DNA of 64,000 nt from Balanoglossus misakiensis (taxonomy: Eukaryota; Animalia; Hemichordata), in contig JBECUI020000027.1 in assembly GCA_040954595.2 (NCBI GenBank), forward strand, positions 386,630 through 450,629, in the 5' to 3' direction. Below the pieces are notes generated by a model. The model saw only the letters and a list, made by a program, of their open reading frames with translations, was not told the DNA's origin and searched no databases. Positions 10,667 through 21,012 of the stretch are shown piece by piece; the stretch's first letter is position 1; every line of letters starts with the position of its first letter. The position numbers and the translations under genes were made by a program.

Positions 10667-11834
10667 ATGATCAGCAATTTAAGGAAACTCACTCACTCAC
10701 TCACTCACTCACTCACTCACTCACTCACTCACTCACTCACTCACTCACTCACTCACCAGCTCTTGCGCGCTAGAACCCCAAAGAAAGCCTAATTCCCTTC
10801 GCCGTTTTTCCCCGTTAAAAGCAATACTTTTCTGTTTAATCCCAGCACTATTCTTGACAAGCTGCGGCCCCACTCCGAGCAGTGAAACCCTCATAACAAC
10901 TTTGACCATCAACGGCCTGGAGGGAGTGGCAACAATTGATGAAACCAAAGCCGTTTTTTATTTTGATAAACTCGACTCCGCTACGGTAAGCACCTTTGAC
11001 CTCAGCGTATCCCCCGGGGCCGCGGTGACCCATGCCGATGGTACCGCTCTGACGGCTGAAAATCTTGTTCTTGGCGAGGAGTTCCCCGTGCTCGTTACTG
11101 CAGAGGATGGGATTACTACCCAAACCTACACCCTATTAATTACCGGAGATATTGTCATTACGAATAAACACAGCAACGGGTATTATGTCTGGTTTGATGT
11201 CATCCTGCATCAAGATGCGGTAGTGGATTTCTACGCAGTAGAAGAAGGAACGACCCTGCCCAGCGCCGCTTCCGTAGCGGCCATGGATGACACCGATGGC
11301 GACCAGGCCGTTGACGGCCATCACTTCCAGGATGCGTTGGTTGCCGGGGAAACCCACCGTATTGTTCTTTACAATATGGATACTTCCACTAACTACGATA
11401 TTGGCAGCTATTTCAGCGGTGGTAAGTATCCAAACTCTCACGCCGCTGTATTGACACAGATGACTACAGCCGCAGAACCCCGCACTACAGGTAAGGTGGT
11501 TTGGCCGGCTTACGAAGGGCAAAAAATTCTGCTTCCCCCTGCCCGGTTGAAATCAACAGATGATATCCCGGATGGTTCAGGCCTATCTTATAATTTGGAG
11601 GGCCAAGCTTCATGGGCTTCCATTTTAGAAATTCTGGATGGTTCATATCAAATAGGTTGGAACTATGATTTTGTTCTTCATGCCATGTTTTCTATGATTT
11701 TTGATTCCACGACTTATCTATTCACCAAAATAGACGGTGTTCTCAAGGCACACACGGCTTTCTATTTTCTGAGTTTTTCAGATCAGGATATCGGTACCCC
11801 CGAGGATTACATTGATTTACAGGTACGGAACTAA
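10667..11834 (+). CDS. Array-1 phase-variable lipoprotein copy 5 (divergent C-domain); out of frame at the SSR
   Basis: ATG 10667. Lipobox FLTSC at the start of ORF 10854-11834. Distance 187 nt (1 mod 3). Otherwise intact. Confidence 0.8.
10687..10754 (+). repeat. (ACTC)17 SSR, array-1 copy 5
   Basis: Direct count. Confidence 0.95.
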
Positions 11835-11926
11835 AAGAATCCTCCCCCTTTCCCTGTAGCTTCCTCATACGGGGACAGGGACATCTTCTTGTTGAGGGGG
11901 AAGGCCCGGCAGAGAAGATTTCCCTT

Positions 11927-11953
11927 CAGGGGGTCTTTAGGACCCCTGTTTTG
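11927..11953 (+). terminator. Probable intrinsic terminator after array 1
   Basis: CAGGGGGTC-TTTA-GGACCCCTG followed by TTTT. Confidence 0.45.
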
Positions 11954-12297
11954 TCTTTACCAGTAGACTTTCCACAGGAAAAGAATGATTTCCTCTCCTT
12001 AACCACGTGCCTATTCCCACGTATAAGGGCCGTACTGAAAAACCGTTTTTCCATTATAATCACAAATATCATATAGGCCCTTGTCGTATTGCTGTGGCGG
12101 GCTGTGATCCCGGAATTAAGGGCCCCCTCCGTTTCTGACGGAAGGGCTTCCGCTGGGGTCTATGCTGTCCATTTGTTTCCGGGGAAGAAGCAGGCGGACT
12201 AAAATTTTTTGTAATTCAGAGATAACAACTGGATAAAAACAATGTAGTACGATAATATAGATGATAAGAATCAAGTTCGAAGTCTGAATTTATAGGA

Positions 12298-14088
12298 GTG
12301 TGTGTTTTAATGAAATGCAGTCATATGAAAATGAAGTTCAATGTTTTAACTGGAATGTCTGGTCTGCGAAGAAATTTCGGTGCTTTTCCGTCTTTTCGTT
12401 TCTGGCAGCCCATTCTTTTTGTTATTCTAGCGACTTTCTACTTAGGAAGCTGTGATTCAGAATCCGGAGCCACCTTTACCATCACTCTTACAGGGCCTCA
12501 GGACATTGAAGCAGGTGAAGACTTGATATTGTCTGCTACAGCTTCGGATTTGAAGGGAGCTATCGCAACCTATCAGTGGAAAGTTAACGGGGAGGTTCAG
12601 CACGAAGGAACTGATCTGAATTATACCTTCAGTCAAATAGAGGAAGGGACATACAAAATACAGTGTATGATGATTATTGACGGTATTGAGTATGCCAGCA
12701 ATACGCTGACAATAACGGTAACGGCTTCCCAGCCTGTTGTGCGCATCGCCGGGGGAGAGAGCGTGAGCGCTAATGAGGATCTGATACTGACTACAACCGT
12801 ATCAGGTCTAAACGGAGCGGCGGCGACCTACCAATGGAAACTTGACGGGAATGATGTAGCAGGAGCCACCGGCACGGATTATACCTTTAATCAGCCCAAC
12901 AACGGCTCATACGAGGTTTGGTGTGTGATGACAGTTGATGGTACTGAGTATACCAGCAACAAGCTGACGATAACGGTTGAGCCTCCCCGGCCTGCTGTAT
13001 CCATAACCGGGGGTGTGAGGGATCTCATTGTGATAAATACAGATGAGACATTTACCGCTACAACTTCTAATCTGAACGGAGCGGCGGCGACCTACCAGTG
13101 GAAGCTTGACGGGAATAATGTAGCAGGAGCCACCGGTACGGATTATGTCTTTAACCGGCCAGTGCCCAGCGGTCCGTACAGCATACAGTGCGAAATAACA
13201 GTGGACGGTACCGTCTATTCCAGCAACACATTGATGGTAAGGGTTCTTAGGGCCCTGCCTACCGTGTCCATAAGCGGGGACGCTATGGTGGTGGCAAATG
13301 ATAATACAACAATAGCTGCCATAGCGTCTAATCTGGATGGAGCTATTGCATCCTACCAGTGGAAAATCGACAATGCAGAAATACCCGGAGCCACCAATCC
13401 CCAATATGGCTTTAGCCAGGCGGTGGGAGGGGCCTACGAACTGCAGTGTGAGATCACGGTTTACAACAATGTCTTTACCAGCAGTGCGCTGCCCGTTTTA
13501 GTGATTCAGGTGGGTTCTCCCGGTCCTGGGGGAGGGGTCGTGTTTTATGATGATACCCTGGGGTATGATTTTGATAATAGCGGAGACATCGATGGATCTG
13601 AGAGAACCCTGCTGGCGGCAGATTCTCGATTCTTGGAAGCCGCCCCGTCTGGTTGGTATGGTACGGAAAGAGATCCCCTTGTTCAGTGGGGAGCTCAAGG
13701 GACAGATGTTCCCGAGGTGATAAATTACACGAGCATTTCCGGTGCTCCCAATCAAAAGGAAACCATGGGGCGTGGAGTCACAGATACCGATGCAATAGTA
13801 ACTCTCCTGGAGGGCATTCCTGAGACAGACCGGGCGGCGCAGTTGGCCAAGGCATATACCGGAGGAGGTAAGGACGACTGGTTCCTGCCGTCTATTGGCG
13901 AATTGATTATACTGGTCAGTCAAAAAGACCAGGTGGGTGGTATGGACGGCCGGTACTGGTCTACCACCGAGGGTACCCTTACATTTGCCTGGTATATGCA
14001 CAACAATAGCATAGGTACATTCAGAAATAACGGAAAGGCAGTCACCGACACAGCCGTGCGTCCTATCCGGGGGTTTAACGTCCCTTAA
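12298..14088 (+). CDS. Lipoprotein with ~4 tandem Ig-like repeats and a C-terminal DUF1566/Lcl-type (C-type lectin fold) domain; start codon uncertain
   Basis: Lipobox YLGSC; repeated A(T/S)YQWK.DG...Y.F...G.Y.I.C units; GPGGGVVFYD, GGKDDWFLPSIGEL, YWSTTE and VRPIRGF motifs. Confidence 0.8.
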   Translation: MCVLMKCSHMKMKFNVLTGMSGLRRNFGAFPSFRFWQPILFVILATFYLGSCDSESGATFTITLTGPQDIEAGEDLILSATASDLKGAIATYQWKVNGEVQHEGTDLNYTFSQIEEGTYKIQCMMIIDGIEYASNTLTITVTASQPVVRIAGGESVSANEDLILTTTVSGLNGAAATYQWKLDGNDVAGATGTDYTFNQPNNGSYEVWCVMTVDGTEYTSNKLTITVEPPRPAVSITGGVRDLIVINTDETFTATTSNLNGAAATYQWKLDGNNVAGATGTDYVFNRPVPSGPYSIQCEITVDGTVYSSNTLMVRVLRALPTVSISGDAMVVANDNTTIAAIASNLDGAIASYQWKIDNAEIPGATNPQYGFSQAVGGAYELQCEITVYNNVFTSSALPVLVIQVGSPGPGGGVVFYDDTLGYDFDNSGDIDGSERTLLAADSRFLEAAPSGWYGTERDPLVQWGAQGTDVPEVINYTSISGAPNQKETMGRGVTDTDAIVTLLEGIPETDRAAQLAKAYTGGGKDDWFLPSIGELIILVSQKDQVGGMDGRYWSTTEGTLTFAWYMHNNSIGTFRNNGKAVTDTAVRPIRGFNVP

Positions 14089-14112
14089 CGTGTAATTTGG
14101 CTTAGGGAGACA

Positions 14113-14138
14113 GGGGGCCTTCTGAGGGGCCCCTTTTT
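14113..14138 (+). terminator. Intrinsic terminator
   Basis: GGGGCCTT-CTGA-GGGGCCCC followed by TTTTT. Confidence 0.65.
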
Positions 14139-14281
14139 CATGCCTGAGGAGGGTTATCTCAGAATCCCCCTGATTAACAGTGCCTTGAGGAAAGGAGACT
14201 GCTGCATCAACTGCCCACCATAAGCGAACTTCCAGAGAATTCTTTATCAATCGAATCAATTTTAACATCTTTTATTGTGTG

Positions 14282-14752
14282 TTATTTATTTTCAATAACA
14301 TCATAGGCAGATTCCTGAGTCTTTTCTCCTCCTGATTCCTTGTGCTCCTTAAATGCTTTAAATTTATCAATATCCTTCTTTATAAGATTTAAGCAGAGAA
14401 TAACCATACCGGCGTCATCGGCCAAACCTAGACCTACAATAAAATCTGGAATTAAATCCATTAAAGAAAACACATACAAAAGAGTAAAAACAATGGCAGA
14501 AATTGAACCGGTTGGGATCTCATGATATTCCCCACGCAAAAAAGCTTTTACCATCTCCAAAAGAAGCTTCACATCTCCTTTTAATTCTAAGAGTTTTCCC
14601 CTACCCGCCTTAAAGAGGATATTCTTTTCATTTTTCAATACCTTATTAAAATCTCTCTCAGAAGCAGTTTTCTCCTTAAAACCTTTAAACTTTTTCTGAT
14701 ACTTATTCCTCATCCTTGTGTACTTTTTCCCTTCAAATCTTTGAACCGCCAT
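14282..14752 (-). CDS. YkvA/DUF1232 family membrane protein
   Basis: LLYVFSLMDLIPDFIVGLGLADD motif. RBS AAGGAG lies before ATG 14752. Confidence 0.85.
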   Translation of the reverse strand: MAVQRFEGKKYTRMRNKYQKKFKGFKEKTASERDFNKVLKNEKNILFKAGRGKLLELKGDVKLLLEMVKAFLRGEYHEIPTGSISAIVFTLLYVFSLMDLIPDFIVGLGLADDAGMVILCLNLIKKDIDKFKAFKEHKESGGEKTQESAYDVIENK

Positions 14753-15522
14753 ACTCACTCCTTGTGCCGCTGTGATTATAGGATTAAAAAATAAAAAAAC
14801 AAAGAATTGTCCTCTGTGTGACATTGTTAAGTCCTCTGCTGTATAGTCCTGCCTCTGCCTGGCTTAGAAGGAAGAGTGCAGACGGTGTGGAACTTTACAA
14901 TCTTGTTTCAGAAAGAATACCCTTCCACCCGGTCGCTGAAGAATAAAGGGACCTCTCACTGATTCATGTACGCTTTTGAGAAATGGGATTCTGATATCCC
15001 GCAATAGTTAAGGGGAGCCTACCTGCGCATCAGGAAGACTTGCTTGTTCATGGTAATGAGCTCCATAAATTCCGAAAGTTTATACATGCAACTTAAACAG
15101 GCCATGAAAAACCAGCCGTGAATCGTTTCACGATCATTGGAGAAGGAGCATTGTACTTGCGGAACTGGACCTAAGACAGATCTTATATGAAAAAAATGAA
15201 TACGCTTTTGAGAAACCAGGCAGCTTGGGGGCCCTAACCTCTCCTTGAAGTCAGCTGCTCCTCTCTCTATCCTTCTCACTTCCCACCCCCAGAAGATTTG
15301 GCGGCTTTGTCTCTTTTTACTGGATAACTTTTCTTTCTTCCTCATTCAATTCGATCATCTGGATTTAACGAGACAAAGGGAGGGCTCACGGTGAATGATT
15401 GTAGTTGTTGTGGGGGGGCTTGATATATTTATCTTTTTGATATATCTTTATGCTATATGCGGTATTTAAGGTGGAATAACTTAAATACTCATCGCAATAA
15501 TATAGTATTAAGGAGTTTTTAT

Positions 15523-17061
15523 ATGGGCAACATAAGGGAAATGTTAACGTCATACTCTAAGGGTAGCGTAGGCAGGGCCCTACCATGGGAAGCGGCAATA
15601 ACTTTGGCCAGCTCTGTAGCATCCTCTGCCAGTAAAGCTGGTTTTGAGCCTATACCGGAATGGATGAAACTGCTCTATGAATCGGAGAAGGGCAATCGCA
15701 ACTATAGGCCGCGAGTCGAGGGTGAGATACCAAAAAATCTGCGTGGAACGCTATATCGCAACGGCCCAGGTCTCTTTGAACGTGGTGGGATCAGAGTCAA
15801 GCATCTGCTTGATGGTGATGGTCTGATTCAGAAACTGACCTTTTCCGATCAAGGTCCTCACTACAGGAATGCTTTTGTTCGTACCAAAAAATTTGAACAG
15901 GAGGAGAAAAGCGGCAAACGGGAATTTTCTACCTGGACCACACGAAAATCGACTAATATGTTCTCCAATCTCGGCGGTGGTATAACCGAGAGTCAGGCCG
16001 GGGTTACGGTTTATCCAGTGCATGGCAAGGTTCTGGCTCGTGACGAAATAGGCCCAAGCTATGAACTGGACCCGGAAACTATCGAGACCATCGGCACTAT
16101 CCCCGTTGGTAGAGACTTAGAGAGCGTAATGTTCAAGGCGCATATGAAATTTGACCCCAGCAACAACGAATGCGTGCTGGCCGGAGTCAAGTTCGGCCCC
16201 AAAATGAAGATCCACGTTAGCATCTATGAGCCAAATCTCAAACTTAAGACACAATTCTCATTCGTAAGCCCAAGACAGGTCTACTTTCACGATTTCATGC
16301 TAAGCAAGAATTATGTGCTGTTCAATTTGCATCCTTGTTTTTTCTCACCATTTCCCTTTTTACTCGGGATGAAAAGCTTTATTGAAAGTCTGAAATGGGA
16401 AAAAAAACATAGCAATCTGATCGCCGTTCTGCCTCGCGATGGCGGCAAGCCGACATACTTTGAAGCACCTGGATCCTTTATGTGGCACGCTTTGAATACT
16501 TACGAGCAGGGCCATGAAATTATCGCCGATTTTGTGAGCTATGAGCAGCCTGATCACTTCATTGCGCATAATCCCCTGCTTGGTAATATTGTCAAGGGCT
16601 ATATGGGTAATGCTCAATACCCAGGAAAAATTCGGCGCTATGTGATCAATATGAACTCAGGCCGTATGAAAGAAGAGATTATTGATCATCAAGGCAGCGA
16701 ATTTCCAATGATCGATCTGCGTCAGACAGCCAGCAAACATAATGTCGGATATTTTACCTATTCAGGCGATCAATCTTATTTTCATTCTGGACTGAAGCGT
16801 GTTGATTATGGCCGAAGCAAGATCGAAAAATTTGATTTTGGTTCGAAAGTGCAGGTAAGCGAACCAGTTTTTTGTCCCAAGCCAGGCGGCCAGATAGATG
16901 AAGGCTGGTTACTGGCCCAGTGCGTGGATGGTAATACCAAAACCAGCTTCTACGCTCTGTTTGAAGCCAAGAACCTAGGCAAGGGACCGCTGGCTAAGAT
17001 ATGGCTCGATCATCATGTCCCAATGTCGTTCCATGGCGCATGGGATAATTGGAACCCATAA
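15523..17061 (+). CDS. Carotenoid cleavage oxygenase (RPE65/ACO/lignostilbene dioxygenase family)
   Basis: GEIP..LRGTLYRNGPG, HLLDGDG, four Fe-binding His (KAHMK, YFHDF, MWHAL, SFHGAW), EFP and EPVF. RBS AAGGAG lies before 15523. Confidence 0.9.
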   Translation: MGNIREMLTSYSKGSVGRALPWEAAITLASSVASSASKAGFEPIPEWMKLLYESEKGNRNYRPRVEGEIPKNLRGTLYRNGPGLFERGGIRVKHLLDGDGLIQKLTFSDQGPHYRNAFVRTKKFEQEEKSGKREFSTWTTRKSTNMFSNLGGGITESQAGVTVYPVHGKVLARDEIGPSYELDPETIETIGTIPVGRDLESVMFKAHMKFDPSNNECVLAGVKFGPKMKIHVSIYEPNLKLKTQFSFVSPRQVYFHDFMLSKNYVLFNLHPCFFSPFPFLLGMKSFIESLKWEKKHSNLIAVLPRDGGKPTYFEAPGSFMWHALNTYEQGHEIIADFVSYEQPDHFIAHNPLLGNIVKGYMGNAQYPGKIRRYVINMNSGRMKEEIIDHQGSEFPMIDLRQTASKHNVGYFTYSGDQSYFHSGLKRVDYGRSKIEKFDFGSKVQVSEPVFCPKPGGQIDEGWLLAQCVDGNTKTSFYALFEAKNLGKGPLAKIWLDHHVPMSFHGAWDNWNP

Positions 17062-17423
17062 TATTTTGCCTGGAGATTGGCAAGTAAAGCTAAAACTTGC
17101 CAATCTCCTCATCCACCCTCCAGGAACAACAGAAGCACATTGCTTCCCTTCCATGTGTGACATGGATTGATGCCTGGAGGACCAGCCTTTGCTGCTTTAA
17201 AGAGTCTGGCTAAGCTTGTCTTTTTTTTCAGTGCTGCTTGGTCTTAACTCTTATCAGATTGAATCATTAGAGGGGAAGAACCCGGCCTGAACAACAATTC
17301 AGAAAGAGCAGTCCGTTAAGATCTATTCTCCCAGCAAAAGCATGGAGTAGGGTCACTTGGAGAGTGACCTTTCCCCCGCCTCTGGAACCACTGTCAATAC
17401 CAGCCCACTGCCCAAGAGAAGGA

Positions 17424-18113
17424 CTATTCTATTGCGCCATTCCTCCAAGTTCCGCTGCGGCTCTCTCCAGCAAGGTTGGGAATTGTCAGGACCATTCCCG
17501 GAAAGATAAGATGGGGATTCTCAGATTCAGGCATAGCCTCTTTATTGGCCTCATAAATACGACGCCATTCCCAGGGATTGTTATAGATAAAGTCGTATCC
17601 GGCAATGTTCCAAAGACAATCGGTGTTGCCCGCCAAGAGACGGACCACATAGAACGAGGGCTTCGTAGATTCCGAACGCACATAGACAATCACTTTCAGG
17701 GCTTCCAGGGCCGCCATGGAACTATCGCGGCTGGGAACATAGCTTTCTTCCTGAAAAAATTGATAGGCCTCTTGATAAAGTCTTTTGCCCTCGGCGTATT
17801 CTTCGGGAAAGTGAATCTCAGCCTGAACCACCGCCGCCTGGGCTAGACGTTCATTTACCATCCTCAGAGCTGAATTAGCACGATAGCGATTGAGCATCAT
17901 GCTTATCCAGGCATCGGATCTTTGGACATAGAGCAGAGATTCCTCCGCCAGAGATTTAGCCTCTTCGTAGTTGCCTGCAGCAAAGGCCTCGTCGCTTTGC
18001 CGTTTAAGTTCCAGGGATTGTCGGTAATCAGCGTTATCCTGAAGGGACTGTGCCCCCAGGCTTCCCAGAGCAATCAACAGGGTAATAATACATAAGCTAA
18101 GTCGTTTTTTCAT
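17424..18113 (-). CDS. Secreted helical protein with a C-terminal LysM domain (spirochete type)
   Basis: Signal peptide; DCLWNIAG...YNNPWEWRRIYEAN...PHLIFPGMVLTIP. Confidence 0.85.
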   Translation of the reverse strand: MKKRLSLCIITLLIALGSLGAQSLQDNADYRQSLELKRQSDEAFAAGNYEEAKSLAEESLLYVQRSDAWISMMLNRYRANSALRMVNERLAQAAVVQAEIHFPEEYAEGKRLYQEAYQFFQEESYVPSRDSSMAALEALKVIVYVRSESTKPSFYVVRLLAGNTDCLWNIAGYDFIYNNPWEWRRIYEANKEAMPESENPHLIFPGMVLTIPNLAGESRSGTWRNGAIE

Positions 18114-18532
18114 GATGCATCTTCCTCGCTGGCAGCCTTAATGGCATCTTCGGCCTTCATTTCCACATCGGAAATGGCTTTTTCTGCAGCTTTAATAGCG
18201 TTTTCCGCCTCGGCGCGTCTTTGTTTTGCCGTAGCGGCTGAGGTTCTAAATTCGGTAATGGATTGGGTGAATCCTTCCAGGGCAGCCTCAAGGTCGCCCT
18301 CGCCTTCGGCAGTTACGGCTCCATTGTACGAAACAAGGGCCATGTCAAATTCAGCCTTAGCAGCCTGAGCTGCCTTGACTTCCTCGGCTTCCATTCGCGC
18401 GGCATCTGCCTCTTCCCGACGTTCTGCCACTGATCCTGTATCCATCTCAGGGGGGGCCTGGGGGGCAGACGCACAGGAAATCATTAAAGCGCTAATGCCT
18501 AGCCATAATATTATTGATTTGTAGTTTTTCAT
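18110..18532 (-). CDS. Ala/Glu-rich helical lipoprotein (DUF4398-like)
   Basis: Lipobox MISC; 4-nt overlap with the LysM gene. Confidence 0.75.
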   Translation of the reverse strand: MKNYKSIILWLGISALMISCASAPQAPPEMDTGSVAERREEADAARMEAEEVKAAQAAKAEFDMALVSYNGAVTAEGEGDLEAALEGFTQSITEFRTSAATAKQRRAEAENAIKAAEKAISDVEMKAEDAIKAASEEDAS

Positions 18533-18565
18533 AACCTTCCCTATATCAAGAAATTCGTAAGCTAT

Positions 18566-18607
18566 TATAACTTGATTTATAAAAAATATAACCTGATTTA
18601 TAAAAAA
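18566..18607. promoter_or_regulatory. 21-bp tandem direct repeat TATAAC(T/C)TGATTTATAAAAAA x2
   Basis: Directly visible upstream of the lipoprotein-LysM operon. Confidence 0.5.
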
Positions 18608-18642
18608 TACCAGCTATTGAAAAAAAATTTCTTGGACCCTTG

Positions 18643-19869
18643 TTAAAAATAAGGAGAAGAACAGAGTGCTTTCCGGGTGCTCTGGGAATCCCAACTCTCC
18701 AGTACGGCCTTTTGAGCTGTCTTGGCCAGGGCCTTGGGCATGCCTTGAGGGGCCGCTCCGGTCAAGGCTGCAAGTCGGCCATTTCTAAATCGCGGTCGCC
18801 AGAGTATGTTCGCCATTTCCCAGGTATCAAAGGGTCCCAAATCTGGTCCCTCTGGAGTCTTTACTTCACCGGAAGCAAACCAGTAGCCCCCAAAAACTTC
18901 ACATTTAAGCCGGAAGGGAGGAAACTCGTTTTTCTCAGGCCGACCCAGAATGGCCCGAGCCGCAAGACGGCCTTGATGTTCGGCAGCATGCCACAGCCCG
19001 GTGAGCTTGCCTCCCGGATGCTCCGCCGCATCCCCGGCAGCGTAGATATGAGGTTCAGAGCTGCGTAGGAATTTGTCTACCCGTATGCCGTGGCCACAAT
19101 CGATACCAGCCTTTTCGGCAAGTTCAATTTCAGGCTGAATCCCCAGGCATAAGACAACGTGATCGGCGTTTATGCTCTCACCATTGCTTGTTTTCAGGAT
19201 AATCTGCTTCCCCTTTTTCTCAGCATTGAGAAGTTTGGTCCCTAGCTGCAACAAGAACACATTTTTCCCCAGAACAGCTTGAAGACTGGCAGAGCATACT
19301 TCATCAAGGACATTCCCCAGAAGGTTCTTATCTTCTCCAATGAGCAACACATCTTTACCCATAGAGACCAGCTGATCGGTCACTTCCACTCCCAGCACAC
19401 CCACCCCAGCCACGGCTATTCTTTGAACTTTTTGGGCCACCTTGCGGAGAGCCAGACCATCGGTCAGGTTTCGAACTACTGACCACTTTTCGGGGATAGT
19501 CGGAAAAAGTGTTACCGGTCTGGCTCCAGGAGCCAGGATCAAATCTTCATAAATAAAATCCTCTCTTCCCTCTGGTCCCTCCAAGGTAATCATGCGTTTC
19601 TGCGGATTTAAGTCCACTGCCCGAAAGCCCATGAGAAGTTCCACACCCATTTGAGTGTACCAGTTCGGATTTTTGACGGCAAAATCCTCAAGACCATATC
19701 CAGAAGAAATTCTTTTGCTTATTTTTGTTCTTTTGTATGGGTAAACTTTTTCTGTATCTACCAAAAGTATTGAAAATCCGGGGTCTGCCTCTTTAAAGGT
19801 CTCTACAGCCGTTAATCCGGCGTTTCCAGCTCCAATAACAATAACGCTATAGTTTCTTGGGGACCTCAC
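18643..19869 (-). CDS. FAD-dependent pyridine nucleotide oxidoreductase (NADH:rubredoxin reductase/NirB-N-like)
   Basis: VIGAGNAG, LILAPGA, GVGVLGVE and IYAAGD motifs. Confidence 0.85.
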   Translation of the reverse strand: MRSPRNYSVIVIGAGNAGLTAVETFKEADPGFSILLVDTEKVYPYKRTKISKRISSGYGLEDFAVKNPNWYTQMGVELLMGFRAVDLNPQKRMITLEGPEGREDFIYEDLILAPGARPVTLFPTIPEKWSVVRNLTDGLALRKVAQKVQRIAVAGVGVLGVEVTDQLVSMGKDVLLIGEDKNLLGNVLDEVCSASLQAVLGKNVFLLQLGTKLLNAEKKGKQIILKTSNGESINADHVVLCLGIQPEIELAEKAGIDCGHGIRVDKFLRSSEPHIYAAGDAAEHPGGKLTGLWHAAEHQGRLAARAILGRPEKNEFPPFRLKCEVFGGYWFASGEVKTPEGPDLGPFDTWEMANILWRPRFRNGRLAALTGAAPQGMPKALAKTAQKAVLESWDSQSTRKALCSSPYF

Positions 19870-19952
19870 AAAGGCACTCCTTGCTCAAATAATAACATAG
19901 TTTCGCATAAGTTTGGAGCACATGAGGAAATTTAAAATAAGGTCCAAAATAT

Positions 19953-20885
19953 TTAAGACGAACCATAGAATCCAGGAATTTTTTTTTCTCCTCGAAGCAC
20001 ACCAATAAGCTCCACCTTGGAGCGGACCGTGAGTTTCTTATACACATTGGCTACGTGATTCCGCACCGTATGGGGACTGATATCCAACTCGTCAGCTATT
20101 TCGCCGTAAGTGAGGCCTTTGGCTAGATCTCTGGCAACTTCCCATTCCCGCTCTGTTAAGGGAAGGTTGGAAGGAAGGTTCCGGGCATCAGAAGAAAGGA
20201 GATGCGGGATAGCAAGGTCTTTCATGTAAAAAACAATTCCTGTTAAGGAAATCCAGAAATAATAGATGGTAAGGTAAAGGAACCGGAGGTTGGGGGTAAT
20301 GATCACAGAAGTTCCTATTTCTGTCATGACTTTGCCTGCCAGTATAAGGGGAAGAAAAATAGCAGAAAGAAGCGCTAGGATAATAATGGTTACTCGGGAA
20401 GTAATCTTGTTGATTTTTTTGATGCTACGGACGGCATCGGTAAGAATAAAGATCATGGCAAATAAGAAGATCAAAGCGGCAATTATGGCCATGTAAAGAA
20501 GAAAAGAAGTAAGAAGATAGGCCGTTCCCACAGCAAAATAGATGGTACAGGCCGTGATCACTGCCGTTAAACGAAGTGGAGTCCAGGATCGTCCCAGAAT
20601 GTGATTAATCGTGGCGGGAATGTAATAAATGAGGAAGGCATAGCCCAGAGACTCTGCCATACCAAGACCAATTATTGTAGCCGGATTGTTGCCGATAAAA
20701 CCTTCAAAATAGAAGCGTAGACCAGCCAGAAAAAACAAGATGTTCAAGTAGCCCACAAAAAGTAGAGTATGGAAGCGTCCTCTGCTTTTTTTTCTCATCC
20801 AATAAAGCAAGCTCAAGGTAAATACAGAAAAAGCAAGTCCCACAGAAAAGATGTAAAGAAATAAAAAAATGTAATCCAGCATCAT
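19953..20885 (-). CDS. Multi-pass membrane protein with a C-terminal LuxR HTH
   Basis: About 7 hydrophobic segments; LTEREWEVARDLAKGLTYGEIADELDISPHTVRNHVANVYKKL. Confidence 0.9.
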   Translation of the reverse strand: MMLDYIFLFLYIFSVGLAFSVFTLSLLYWMRKKSRGRFHTLLFVGYLNILFFLAGLRFYFEGFIGNNPATIIGLGMAESLGYAFLIYYIPATINHILGRSWTPLRLTAVITACTIYFAVGTAYLLTSFLLYMAIIAALIFLFAMIFILTDAVRSIKKINKITSRVTIIILALLSAIFLPLILAGKVMTEIGTSVIITPNLRFLYLTIYYFWISLTGIVFYMKDLAIPHLLSSDARNLPSNLPLTEREWEVARDLAKGLTYGEIADELDISPHTVRNHVANVYKKLTVRSKVELIGVLRGEKKIPGFYGSS

Positions 20886-21012
20886 ATCTCCATGACTATG
20901 GTAGCCCAATAACTCAAGGGAATGTCGTTAGACTTTCCTAAATAGGAAAAACCACAACAGATCATGCCGAAAAATGGAAGCCACAGTTCTTTGAACTCAA
21001 TTCCTTGTTGTC

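Noticed and set aside
1-11834. DGR mutagenesis as the source of array-1 variation
   Set aside because: Differences include indels and all codon positions, are not adenine-specific against any copy, and no RT or TR is seen.
13498-14268. Long antisense ORFs (also 12907-13404, 24416-25243, 861-1142)
   Set aside because: Shadows of well-supported genes on the opposite strand.
14825-15456. Riboswitch or small gene in long intergenic gaps (also 54490-55160)
   Set aside because: No recognisable motif or convincing ORF by eye; cannot be excluded without a covariance search.
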